NCBI GenBank assembly: GCA_963666925.2
Contig: CAXXTC010000006.1
Location: 32,001 to 96,000 of the forward strand
Length of the DNA stretch: 64,000 bases
From: Phycisphaerae bacterium
GTDB lineage: Bacteria > Planctomycetota > Phycisphaerae > UBA1845 > Fen-1342
Direction: 5' to 3'
Shown: piece after piece, positions 55,206 through 64,000 of the stretch
Position numbering within the stretch: position 1 is the stretch's first letter
How the letters are laid out: each line of letters starts with the position of its first letter
Position numbers and translations under genes: made by a program
Notes under the pieces: model-generated
What the model was told of the DNA's origin: nothing
The model's database searches: none
What the model saw: the letters and a program-made list of their open reading frames with translations, nothing else

Positions 55206-58200
55206 CTACGCGCGCTGCCCGCGCCCCGGAATCATCATCACCCCACAAACGAGCAGCGTCGCCACTGCCGCCCCGCCGCCGGCCCGGGCTGCCTCTTCAT
55301 AGCTGGCCCCGTGCAGCGTCTGTTGCACAGCCGGCCCACACGTGATGCGATCGGGCTGCGGCGCCCGACGCCGCGCATCATCCAACCGCACGTCAATCTC
55401 CTCCACACGATCCTCGATCCACGCTTCACGCGCCGCCGACTGTGCGATCCGCGCACCAAGCACCTTCGCCGCCTGCGCATTTTCCTCGCTGCGCTGCTGC
55501 TCGCGCAGCGCACTCATCAGATCAGCCACGAGCACCTCACGCCGCTGCTCAAGCTGACGCACCCCCTCCCGAACCTCTTCAATTTCCGTCTGATGAACAC
55601 GCCGAGCCTGCTCGTCGGCCTCCGCCTGCAATTGCCGGCCGAGTGATTCACTCCGCTGCGCCAACCGCGTATGCAACCCGCGCAGCTTACGATCCAGCGC
55701 ATCGAGCTCGAAGTTCTCGGTCAGCGCCGTCTGCCCTGCGGCCGACAAAAACCCCTCAGCAGCGCTGCGCAAAGCAGCGTGTTCGCTGCGTAACAGGGCA
55801 ACGACGACCACCTCACGCGTGCTCCCGCTACCCTCCGTCCCGAGCCGCTCGATCCGCGCCCCCAGGCCGTCGATCAGGTTGACCAAGGCGTCCCCGCGCC
55901 GCCGCGCCAGGTCGGACGCCTCCTGCTGCTGCCGAATCAGCCCCAGGGCATCGTCGTCAACGCCGGCCTCCTGAACGATCCCCACCCGCGGCCGCCATTC
56001 CTGCTCAAAATGCTCCAGCTCACGCTGCGCCGTAGTCAGCCGCGTATGACAATCCTCCAGCAGCCCTCCCACCGCTTCCGGCGGGTCCAGCTCCTGCTGC
56101 TCAGCAATCGCCGCGATAAACTCCGTCACCGCCTGACGCGCCACGCGAGCCGGATCGACCAATTGCAGCATGCTCACCGCCAGCTCGGTGCGATACTCCA
56201 ACGCGGCCGCCCGCAGCTCCGCCTGATCCTCCCCATAGATCGTATCCGCTTCGAGCGACGCTTCGAGCGCACCCGGCGCAACCACGCCCACCGGCGTATC
56301 CGCCGCCGCACGTGTCGCCAGCTCGGCCCGCTGCCGCCCCAACTCGCCCGCCGTACCGTCCAGCTCGGCCGCCAGATCCTGACACCGCCGCACAGCCCCC
56401 GTGTACGCAGCCGAAGCCGGCAACGCATCCAGCTCGGTCCGATCCTGCACCTGCCGCCGCCGAATCTGATCGAGCTCAGCCACGAGCGCCGCTCGCCAGC
56501 CGGCCACCTCGCGCAGCGCCGGCGGCAGATTCGCATCGGGACTGACGCTGTTCACTTGCTCCGCATAGACCTCGCCCGCCGCCAGGGCCAGCGCCGCAAC
56601 CCCCCGCCCATCCGGGCCACGAACATGCAGATCAATGGCAGCATTACCGCCGCCGGCCGCGCTCGCAGTCACCCGACCAGCCACGCACGCCGCCGTCCAA
56701 CGTTCGGCCAGCCCGGGCTTGTCCGCACGCGCCAGCAGATCCGGATTCGTCAGACCCTGCCGATGTTCATTCAGCACGCAATCGACCGCACCACTCGACG
56801 TCATCACGTCCAGCCGAACCAGCGCCTCGTACTGCGGCGGATGCGCCAGCAACCAGCCAGCCCCCGCGACGACGCCCACAATCACCGCCAGCACGATGCT
56901 CCGCCACCACGACCCACGCCGACCACCCACCCCCCTTGTCGGCCGCGACTCCAGCCGCTCGCTCAACTCGCGTAGGGTTGCCTGCGCCTGCTGCACTTCC
57001 TCGTCACGCTGTGCCCGGATCTGTTCAAACTCCCGCCGGCCGGCCTCCAGCGCCGCCCGCGCGTGTTCCAGCTCCTGCCGCTCCAGCTCCAACGACAAAG
57101 CGGCTTGGCGACACTCGTTCTCCCGCGCCTCAACCTGCTCACGCATCGCGACTGCCGCGTCGGAAATCTGCCGACCCTCCTGCTCGACGTGCGCCGCGCG
57201 GTCGTTGAGCTGGTCCAGCGCCCCCTGGCGCCGCTCCAACTCATCACGCAGCTCCGCCAAACGCTGGCGCTCGGCCTCGACGCCGGCCGACTGCTCGCGG
57301 AACTGCTCCTCGCGATTCTCCAGCCGCGACTGCCGCTCGACCAGTTCTATCTCCTGCTGGTCAAGGACACGCTGCCGCCCCGTCAGTTCCTCTTCGCACT
57401 GCGACAACTCGTGGCGCCGTCCGTGTGTCCGCTGCCAGCGCCGGTCGAATTCCCGCTGCCGATCGAGTAACTCGTCTCGCTGCTGCTCAAACGACTGCCG
57501 CGCCTGCTCAAGTTCGTGCCGCTCCAGGTCGAGCCGGGCACGCTCCGCCGTCAGCGCCCCCCGCTGTTGCTCGATCCGCGCCGTCAGCGTGTCGCGCTCC
57601 GACTGCTGCTGTTCGACTTCCAGCCGCCGGGCCCGCAGCGATTGTTCAAACTTCTCGAGTTGCCCGGCCCGCTGGTCGAGTTGTGCCCGCCGTTGTTCGA
57701 CGACCTTGCGATGCTCGTTCAGCTCCGTCCGGGCGAGCTGTATCCGCCGACCCAGCTCATGTTCCTGCGCCCGCACCGCCGAGATTCGCCGGCGTAGCAT
57801 TTGACGCCGCCGCCTGTTGCGATCCCGTTGGCGTTCCATACGCCGGCGCAGCTCCGCCCGCTCGGCCCCAAGCCCTTGCCGCTGATGCTCGATGTCCTGG
57901 GCCCCCAGCCGGAGCTGCTGCTCGCGCTCGTCCAGCCGGGTACGCCGAGCGGCCGCCTCTCGGGCCAACTGCCGCAGCTCGACCTGCTGGCGAGCGATGC
58001 GCTGCTGCTCCTGTTCGATCTCGCGCGCCGCCGCCCGCCGAGCCGCCGTCGCCAACTGGTTGTACTGCTCTTCGAACTCCTGTTCCCGCCGTTGCAGCTC
58101 AACCTCGTGCGTAGAAACCTCTGCCAGACGCGATCGAATGTCGCGCACCATCTCCTCGATGTTGCTCACCGTGGAAACATGGCGCGACGCCGGAGGGACG

Positions 58201-58307
58201 GCCCCGCCGTGCGCCGTGCTCGAATCCTGCGAAGCCGACCGCGTCGCCTGCTCAGCCGGTGTATCGGAGCGTGGTTTGTCATCCGTTGGTGCGGGCATAG
58301 TCACCAT
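55206..58307 (-). CDS. Very long coiled-coil membrane protein (polysaccharide co-polymerase-like topology)
   Basis: About 400-aa R/E/Q coiled coil, TM segment (WWRSIVLAVIVG...PPQYEA), second coiled coil, C-terminal TM segment. Confidence 0.75.
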   Translation of the reverse strand: MVTMPAPTDDKPRSDTPAEQATRSASQDSSTAHGGAVPPASRHVSTVSNIEEMVRDIRSRLAEVSTHEVELQRREQEFEEQYNQLATAARRAAAREIEQEQQRIARQQVELRQLAREAAARRTRLDEREQQLRLGAQDIEHQRQGLGAERAELRRRMERQRDRNRRRRQMLRRRISAVRAQEHELGRRIQLARTELNEHRKVVEQRRAQLDQRAGQLEKFEQSLRARRLEVEQQQSERDTLTARIEQQRGALTAERARLDLERHELEQARQSFEQQRDELLDRQREFDRRWQRTHGRRHELSQCEEELTGRQRVLDQQEIELVERQSRLENREEQFREQSAGVEAERQRLAELRDELERRQGALDQLNDRAAHVEQEGRQISDAAVAMREQVEARENECRQAALSLELERQELEHARAALEAGRREFEQIRAQRDEEVQQAQATLRELSERLESRPTRGVGGRRGSWWRSIVLAVIVGVVAGAGWLLAHPPQYEALVRLDVMTSSGAVDCVLNEHRQGLTNPDLLARADKPGLAERWTAACVAGRVTASAAGGGNAAIDLHVRGPDGRGVAALALAAGEVYAEQVNSVSPDANLPPALREVAGWRAALVAELDQIRRRQVQDRTELDALPASAAYTGAVRRCQDLAAELDGTAGELGRQRAELATRAAADTPVGVVAPGALEASLEADTIYGEDQAELRAAALEYRTELAVSMLQLVDPARVARQAVTEFIAAIAEQQELDPPEAVGGLLEDCHTRLTTAQRELEHFEQEWRPRVGIVQEAGVDDDALGLIRQQQEASDLARRRGDALVNLIDGLGARIERLGTEGSGSTREVVVVALLRSEHAALRSAAEGFLSAAGQTALTENFELDALDRKLRGLHTRLAQRSESLGRQLQAEADEQARRVHQTEIEEVREGVRQLEQRREVLVADLMSALREQQRSEENAQAAKVLGARIAQSAAREAWIEDRVEEIDVRLDDARRRAPQPDRITCGPAVQQTLHGASYEEAARAGGGAAVATLLVCGVMMIPGRGQRA

Positions 58308-58440
58308 TCAGCCTAATTGCACAGCGCCCGTGCCCTCGCCCGCGACGCTGCCAGAAACTGCGCCCCCGTATTCTAACAACGGACAATCTCAGCGCCCGGC
58401 TATAACCGCGAAACAACAGATTCCGCCACGCCACCCAACC

Positions 58441-59172
58441 CTACACCAGCCGCGCAAGCTGCGTGACCGTCGCACGCAGATCTTTCGGCACCGGCGCCTC
58501 GATCACCAACTCCTCGCCCGTCGTCGGGTGAAACACACGCAATCGCAACGCGTGCAGCGTCAGCCGATCTATCAGCGGCCGCTCCTCCCGCCGCCGGCTG
58601 GGCCGATAATCCGACTTGTAGTTCGACAACAGCACGTTCTGACCCCCGCCATACAGCGGGTCCACCGTCAGCGGATGGCCAATGCCAGCCATGTGTGCCC
58701 GAATCTGGTGCGTCCGTCCCGTCAGCGGCCGACACTCCAGCAGCGTATTGCCCGCCACACGCTCCCGGATCCGATAACGTGTGACCGACGGTCGCCCGCG
58801 CCGACTGCTGGCTTCCACCCGCTGACTCCGCCGACTGTACGTCAGCGCAAGATCGACCTCGCCGTCCTCCGTCACGTACCCCTGCACGAGCGCCAGGTAG
58901 AGCTTCTCAACTCGTCGCTGGGAAAACTGCCGCACCAGCTCACGCTGCGCCGCCAGCGTCCGTGCATACACCAGCACCCCGCTCGCCCCCAGATCCAGCC
59001 GCTGAACAATCCGCAGCGCCCGGTTGTCCGCCAGTTCCGCCCGCCCCCGCAACAGGTCCGCAACCGTCGGCTCACTACCCCGCCCCGGAGCAGACAGAAC
59101 CCCCGACGGCTTGTTGACCGCTACCAGGGCAGCATCGTGATACAAAATATCCAGTCGTGGGTTACGGGCCAT
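58441..59172 (-). CDS. RluA family pseudouridine synthase
   Basis: VNKPSG, VQRLDLGASGVL, TGRTHQIRAH, DPLYG, LHA. Confidence 0.95.
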   Translation of the reverse strand: MARNPRLDILYHDAALVAVNKPSGVLSAPGRGSEPTVADLLRGRAELADNRALRIVQRLDLGASGVLVYARTLAAQRELVRQFSQRRVEKLYLALVQGYVTEDGEVDLALTYSRRSQRVEASSRRGRPSVTRYRIRERVAGNTLLECRPLTGRTHQIRAHMAGIGHPLTVDPLYGGGQNVLLSNYKSDYRPSRRREERPLIDRLTLHALRLRVFHPTTGEELVIEAPVPKDLRATVTQLARLV

Positions 59173-59180
59173 GAATCTCT

Positions 59181-61040
59181 TTACGGCGTGACGCTGGCAC
59201 GCGGAGAGAGCTTCACACGCACCGATCGTTGTTCCACTACTACCACCCCCGGAGGCGCCTCGAACATCACGTCAACCGAACGCAGCAGCGTTTCGTCCGG
59301 CTGCGGCAGCGCCGGCGCCAACGCGCTGCGCACATGGGCAAACGCGTAAATATCAACCGGGGCCAGACCTTCAACGATGGACTCCTCCCCTTCCACCTCC
59401 ACGCTGATGCGCCATTCGTTCAGGTCACTGCGAACCACATCGTAACGTTCCAGCACGTCCGGACTCACAAACAAATGCACCACCACGTTGTCGATCCGCC
59501 GCCGCTGACCAACCAGCCGCACCGTCGTACGCACATCCGCCGGCGTCACCTCCGCCAGCGCCACCCCACCGATGTCCTCAGCCAGCGGCACCCGCGGAAA
59601 CGTCTCCGGCACTTCCGGCGGCAAACCTTCCAGCCGATCGCCCAGCGGAGCCCGTATCGTACGCTGCCCCTCCGGCGGCAAACGATCGAGATCGTTACGA
59701 CGGACAACCACCTCCGCATCGGGCGGCTCGATCGACTCGACCGAGATGCGTGCTGCCCCCCCATCAACCTGTACCGGAATACGCAATGTTACCAATTCGT
59801 CAACATTGAACTTCAACTCGTCCATCGCCACGTCGACGACCGTCAAACCACGCATCGAAACTTCGTTCAGCCCGCTGATAATCGCGGTAATCTCACGCGG
59901 GAGCAGCGTGTACGTGCCCCGCCGCGAGTACGCCTCCGGCAAAATCCACGTCGCCCGCAACGGCTGCTCCGCCGCATCCAGACGCAAGCGGTCAATTGCA
60001 CGCACCGGACCCGAGAACGTGCCCGTAAAAACAATCGGCGGCGCCGGTACACGCACGTCGACAATCTGACGCGGCCCATCGTGACGAACGCTGAGCTGCA
60101 CCTTCACGCTGGCCTCGGACAACGTCGCCTGGTCAGCCAGATACCAGATAACCAGCGTCAGCGGCACCACCACCAGCAACCGTCGAACCGTCGCCCACAG
60201 CGCCGACCCAAAACGCCGCTGCTCCCCTTCACGCGGCTCGTCAGCCTGCTGCCCGGTCAGACGCTGGGTCAGCTCCTCACCCAGATCGTCCAGCGAAAGA
60301 TAGCGCGTCAGCTTGCCGTTGTCCGCCAGCGAAACCACGCCCGTCTCTTCCGATATCACCAACACCAGCGCATCGGTCTCGTAGCTCATCCCGACCGCCG
60401 CCAGATGCCGGCTGCCCAGGGCCGCGTCAATCTCGTCACTCTCTGCAGCCGGAAACTGGCAATTGGCCGCCAACACACGCTTCCCCCGGATGATCACCCC
60501 AAGATCGTGCAGCGGACTGTTCGGGAAGAAAATCGTGTTCAGCAGATTGGGCGATACCTCCGCCCGCATGATCGTCCCATTCTCAGCCCAGCCCGTCAGG
60601 TCCACCCGCCGTTGAAGCGCAATCAGCGCCCCGTAGCGATTCCGCGATAAATACCCCGCAGATTTCACCAACGCCGCAACCAGTTGCGACTGCGGCGCCC
60701 GGTTCAGACGCAAACGCACGTCACCAATGCGTATAACCGCCCGGCGCAATTCCGGCTGAAAAACCACCAGCGCGATGAAAGCCAGCCCATAAAGCACGTA
60801 GCTGTACAACAGATCCAGCCGCACCCAGCCAAACCGAATGGACAGCACACGCACCACCATCGTCGCCACGACCAGGATAATCAGCACCCCGCGCAGCGGC
60901 CGCGTCCCACGCGTGCCGTGAAGAACCGAAGCGCTCCAGTTCACGCACAGACCAATCAGCAGCAACTCAACGGCCACCGCCGATATGTCATAGGCGTCGC
61001 TGCCCAGGCGATCGAACAGGCTGGGAAGTGTGTCGAACAT
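59181..61040 (-). CDS. cdaA: Membrane diadenylate cyclase (DisA_N/CdaA) fused to a YbbR-like extracytoplasmic region
   Basis: Three N-terminal TMs, VVFQPELRR, GALIAL, IFFPNSPLHD, LGSRH, ISEETG; an extra TM and a beta-rich C terminus. Confidence 0.88.
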   Translation of the reverse strand: MFDTLPSLFDRLGSDAYDISAVAVELLLIGLCVNWSASVLHGTRGTRPLRGVLIILVVATMVVRVLSIRFGWVRLDLLYSYVLYGLAFIALVVFQPELRRAVIRIGDVRLRLNRAPQSQLVAALVKSAGYLSRNRYGALIALQRRVDLTGWAENGTIMRAEVSPNLLNTIFFPNSPLHDLGVIIRGKRVLAANCQFPAAESDEIDAALGSRHLAAVGMSYETDALVLVISEETGVVSLADNGKLTRYLSLDDLGEELTQRLTGQQADEPREGEQRRFGSALWATVRRLLVVVPLTLVIWYLADQATLSEASVKVQLSVRHDGPRQIVDVRVPAPPIVFTGTFSGPVRAIDRLRLDAAEQPLRATWILPEAYSRRGTYTLLPREITAIISGLNEVSMRGLTVVDVAMDELKFNVDELVTLRIPVQVDGGAARISVESIEPPDAEVVVRRNDLDRLPPEGQRTIRAPLGDRLEGLPPEVPETFPRVPLAEDIGGVALAEVTPADVRTTVRLVGQRRRIDNVVVHLFVSPDVLERYDVVRSDLNEWRISVEVEGEESIVEGLAPVDIYAFAHVRSALAPALPQPDETLLRSVDVMFEAPPGVVVVEQRSVRVKLSPRASVTP

Positions 61041-61128
61041 GCGCAGCACAGTATAGAATGGTCGCCAGCAGCGCTCCACACGATCGGCAGCGCTAATTCA
61101 CCCGGCCCCGTACATCCGGATCAAACAC

Positions 61129-61917
61129 ATGCCCGAAAGCGACTGGCTCCCACGCCTCCACGAGAACGTGGCCCAGGTGCGCCGGCGAATCGCCGACGCC
61201 TCCTCGCGGGCGGGCCGCGACCCGCTGTCCGTCCGCATCGTCGGCGTCACCAAATACGTCGGCTGGCACATCGCCCAGGCCATCCCCGCCGCCGGCATCC
61301 CCGACCTCGGTGAAAATCGCGTCCAGCAGCTCGGCGAACGCGTCGCCCTGGCCGCCCCACCACTGACCGACTGGCCCACCGACGACGCCACCACCGACGC
61401 CCACCCTACTGAGCCCCGCCCCCGCTGGCACATGATCGGCCACCTCCAGCGCAACAAGGTCAAGCAACTGCTGCCCGCCGTTCGCATCATCCACTCGCTC
61501 GACTCCCCTCGCCTCGCCGAGACCCTCGAGCACCACGCCGCACAATTCGACCTGCCCGTCAACGTCCTCATCGAGGTCAACCTGGCCGGCGAAGCTTCAA
61601 AGACCGGCTGCCCCGTCGACGACGTCCACCCCCTAGCCAGGCTGGCAACCAGCCTCCCCCACCTCCGCCTCCGCGGCCTGATGACCATGGCCCCGTTCGA
61701 CCCCGACCCCGAGCACGCCCGCCCCTACTTCGCACGTTTACGCACGCTACTGGAGCAGCTCCGCACCGCCGACGTCGTCGGCCCGACCTGCACCCACCTC
61801 TCCATGGGAATGAGCCAGGACTACGAAGTCGCCGTCGAAGAAGGCGCCACGCTCGTACGAATCGGGTCGGCCCTGTACGAAAACCTGCCGACCGCCGACC
61901 CGCGCACAACCCGATAA
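61129..61917 (+). CDS. yggS: PLP homeostasis protein YggS
   Basis: VTKY, GENRVQ, WHMIGHLQRNK, IHSLDS, GLMTM, LSMGMSQDY, VRIGS. Confidence 0.96.
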   Translation: MPESDWLPRLHENVAQVRRRIADASSRAGRDPLSVRIVGVTKYVGWHIAQAIPAAGIPDLGENRVQQLGERVALAAPPLTDWPTDDATTDAHPTEPRPRWHMIGHLQRNKVKQLLPAVRIIHSLDSPRLAETLEHHAAQFDLPVNVLIEVNLAGEASKTGCPVDDVHPLARLATSLPHLRLRGLMTMAPFDPDPEHARPYFARLRTLLEQLRTADVVGPTCTHLSMGMSQDYEVAVEEGATLVRIGSALYENLPTADPRTTR

Positions 61918-62020
61918 TCATGCCAAACAGAGCCCCAACGCCGACCCGGGTTGCCCCCCCTGTCACGCTCGGGTATAAGCGTTTGTTGCAGGTTTTCTGA
62001 CCCTCTCAGGTACCCCGTCT

Positions 62021-62464
62021 ATGCCCCTCAAGAGACTCGACGACACCGCCCGCGAAATCGTCCAGAAGGCGAACGAAATCGCGCATGACTATGACCTCGA
62101 ATACGTCGGAACCGAGCACATCCTGCTCGCCATCCTGCAACACGAAGCCGGCGTCGGCGCCCGTGCCCTCGCCACGCTCGGAGTCGACCACCAGACCGCA
62201 CGCCAGCGAATCGACGAACTCGTACAACGCGACAAAGAGGAGACCTGGGTCTTCGGCCGACTCCCTGGCACCCCCCATTACCTCAACGTCATCGAGCGCG
62301 CCATGGACGTCGCCCAGCAGCTCGAAGCCCCCCACATCAGCAGCGAGCACCTCCTCCTGGCCCTCTTCCCCGACAAGGAAAGCACGGCCGCCCGCGCCCT
62401 CGCCAGTCTCGGCGTCACCCGCCGCAAATGCCGCGACGCCGTCCTAAAGCTCCTTTCCGCCTGA
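62021..62464 (+). CDS. Stand-alone Clp N-terminal (double Clp-R repeat) domain protein
   Basis: YVGTEHILLAIL and ISSEHLLLAL repeats; no AAA domain. Confidence 0.88.
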   Translation: MPLKRLDDTAREIVQKANEIAHDYDLEYVGTEHILLAILQHEAGVGARALATLGVDHQTARQRIDELVQRDKEETWVFGRLPGTPHYLNVIERAMDVAQQLEAPHISSEHLLLALFPDKESTAARALASLGVTRRKCRDAVLKLLSA

Positions 62465-62575
62465 CCCCCCCCAAAAAAACCGATCCCCGTAGCACCGACC
62501 GGCCCCCGTCACATTCGAAATGCCGTTCGATGATGCACCAATCCCAACCCGGATCTGGCAACCAGGTTCTGCTCC

Positions 62576-64000
62576 CTACGGCCTTCCCTCTCCATATTGT
62601 TGAATCCGCCCCCTGATCTCATTCGCCAACTCGTTCTTCCCCGCCGATTCGGCCAGCCGCAACGCCCGCTCCGCCACCGAAACCGCCTCCGAAAACTGCC
62701 CCACATCAGCAAACGCCTGCGCCAGATCCTTCAGAACTCCCACATCCCCCGGCCTCAGCCGCGCCGCCAACACCAGGTGTTCCAGCCCCCCCACAACATC
62801 ACCCTGCTGACCCATCACCACTCCCAGCCGGTGCTGCGCCATCGCATACCCAGGCTCAATCTGAACCGCAATCGACAACTGCTCGAGCGCCTCATCACGC
62901 TTCCCCTGCCGAGCCAGCACCTCACCCAGGCAATAGTGCGCGGTCGCATCACTCGGATCCATCCGCACCGCCAGCCCGAGTTGCTCGGCCGCTTCCGTCA
63001 GTCGCCCTTGTCGCATCAGCAACTCACCCAGGCTGCACCGCGCGCCGGCGTCCGACGGATCCAGCCGAATCGCCTCCGACAGATGCGCCGCCCCCTCGTC
63101 GAACCGCCCCCGCGCACATAGCAGCGCTCCCAGCGTGCTGTGCGCGTCGGCCAGATCCGGCTTGATCGCCACAGCCGCCTGATAGTGCTCGATCGCCTTA
63201 TCAAGCCGACCCTGCCGGAAAAGCCACCGAGCCAGATTGCAATGGGCGCTATGGTTCTCCGGATCAAGACGAATCGCCTCCAACAAATGCGAAACACCCT
63301 CTTGCGGCTGCCTTCCGTTGACCAACACGCCGCCCAGGTTGCTATGTGCAATGACGCTCTTCGGGTTCAGCTCCAGGGCCTTCTGGTACGCCTCGATCGC
63401 GCGTTTCACATCACCGCTACTGTGCAGAAAAGTGTCTCCCGCGCGCACATACGAAACGTCATCGAGAAACGCCTCACGCATATGCCTGATCGCCGTCGGA
63501 TCGAGATTGACGAACTCCGGAATGTTCGCCGCCCGGTCGGGCTCCGTAAAATTCGCCAACAGCACCGCCGGCGTACTACGTCCCTCTTCGTCGATATGAG
63601 TCAGAAATAGCTGCGTATACGCCGAGTTGGCCTTCGACGAGAACACCAGCCACTTCCCATTCGGCGACCAACTGTGCCACGAGTTCATCCGCGGCGTGTT
63701 ACAACGCATCCGCCGAGCCTCACCACCCTGAGCCGGCATGATATACAACTCGCTGTCCGGCTGAAGCAGCATGTAGCTCTTCGCCTTACAGAATACGATC
63801 CACCGGCCGTCCGGCGAAAACTTCGCAAAATAGTTGCTCATCCCGTTGTTCGACGCGCCTTCCAGCGGCTCAGCCACCCCGCCTCGGCCATCGTTGAACG
63901 AAACTCGATACAGGTCGTACAAAAACTGCCGACCCTCGTGCAGAAACTCCTCACACTCCTCCTTGGACAACAACACGTGGCCCTCGTCCCGCCGCAGACG
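62576..64000 (-). CDS. TPR-repeat protein with PD40/TolB-like propeller (5' partial)
   Basis: FSPDGRWIVF and WSPNGKWLVFSS followed by multiple TPRs; the frame stays open to the window edge. Confidence 0.9.
   Translation of the reverse strand, partial: RLRRDEGHVLLSKEECEEFLHEGRQFLYDLYRVSFNDGRGGVAEPLEGASNNGMSNYFAKFSPDGRWIVFCKAKSYMLLQPDSELYIMPAQGGEARRMRCNTPRMNSWHSWSPNGKWLVFSSKANSAYTQLFLTHIDEEGRSTPAVLLANFTEPDRAANIPEFVNLDPTAIRHMREAFLDDVSYVRAGDTFLHSSGDVKRAIEAYQKALELNPKSVIAHSNLGGVLVNGRQPQEGVSHLLEAIRLDPENHSAHCNLARWLFRQGRLDKAIEHYQAAVAIKPDLADAHSTLGALLCARGRFDEGAAHLSEAIRLDPSDAGARCSLGELLMRQGRLTEAAEQLGLAVRMDPSDATAHYCLGEVLARQGKRDEALEQLSIAVQIEPGYAMAQHRLGVVMGQQGDVVGGLEHLVLAARLRPGDVGVLKDLAQAFADVGQFSEAVSVAERALRLAESAGKNELANEIRGRIQQYGEGRP

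Noticed and set aside
1..64000. CRISPR array
   Set aside because: Repeats occur only as pairs or dispersed palindromes; no regular repeat-spacer array and no cas genes.

Overview
A GC-rich bacterial chromosome segment, most likely from a planctomycete of class Phycisphaerae (inferred from a PEP-CTERM protein, 'NFDDINPFV' dockerin-like tails, a Minf_1886-type protein, a prepilin-type protein and CxxC-YNLRGL-CPEC membrane proteins). It is mostly housekeeping: trpA, transketolase, rpmH, acpS, tig-clpP-clpP, xseB-comF, dapA, folP, ricT, a moxR/DUF58/vWA operon, rpmI-rplT, PPi-type pfk, pdhAB, tRNA-Met, rluA-type, cdaA and yggS, mixed with lineage-specific secreted and coiled-coil proteins. Several genes carry apparent single-base frameshifts, probably long-read errors. 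The most notable observations are: (1) a folP with the Sul1-3-type 'DPGMGFFLG' insertion; (2) a gene-free, highly structured minus-strand RNA candidate at about 30850-31240 with a canonical CsrA site; (3) a sigma70-type promoter overlapped by a perfect NikR-like palindrome in front of a dockerin-protein/pilin-like gene pair; (4) a tRNA-adjacent islet of short orphan genes bracketed by 27-bp direct repeats, next to a MITE; (5) several REP/REPIN families. No CRISPR array, rRNA, integrase or transposase gene was seen. All family assignments come from motif recognition; no database search was run.
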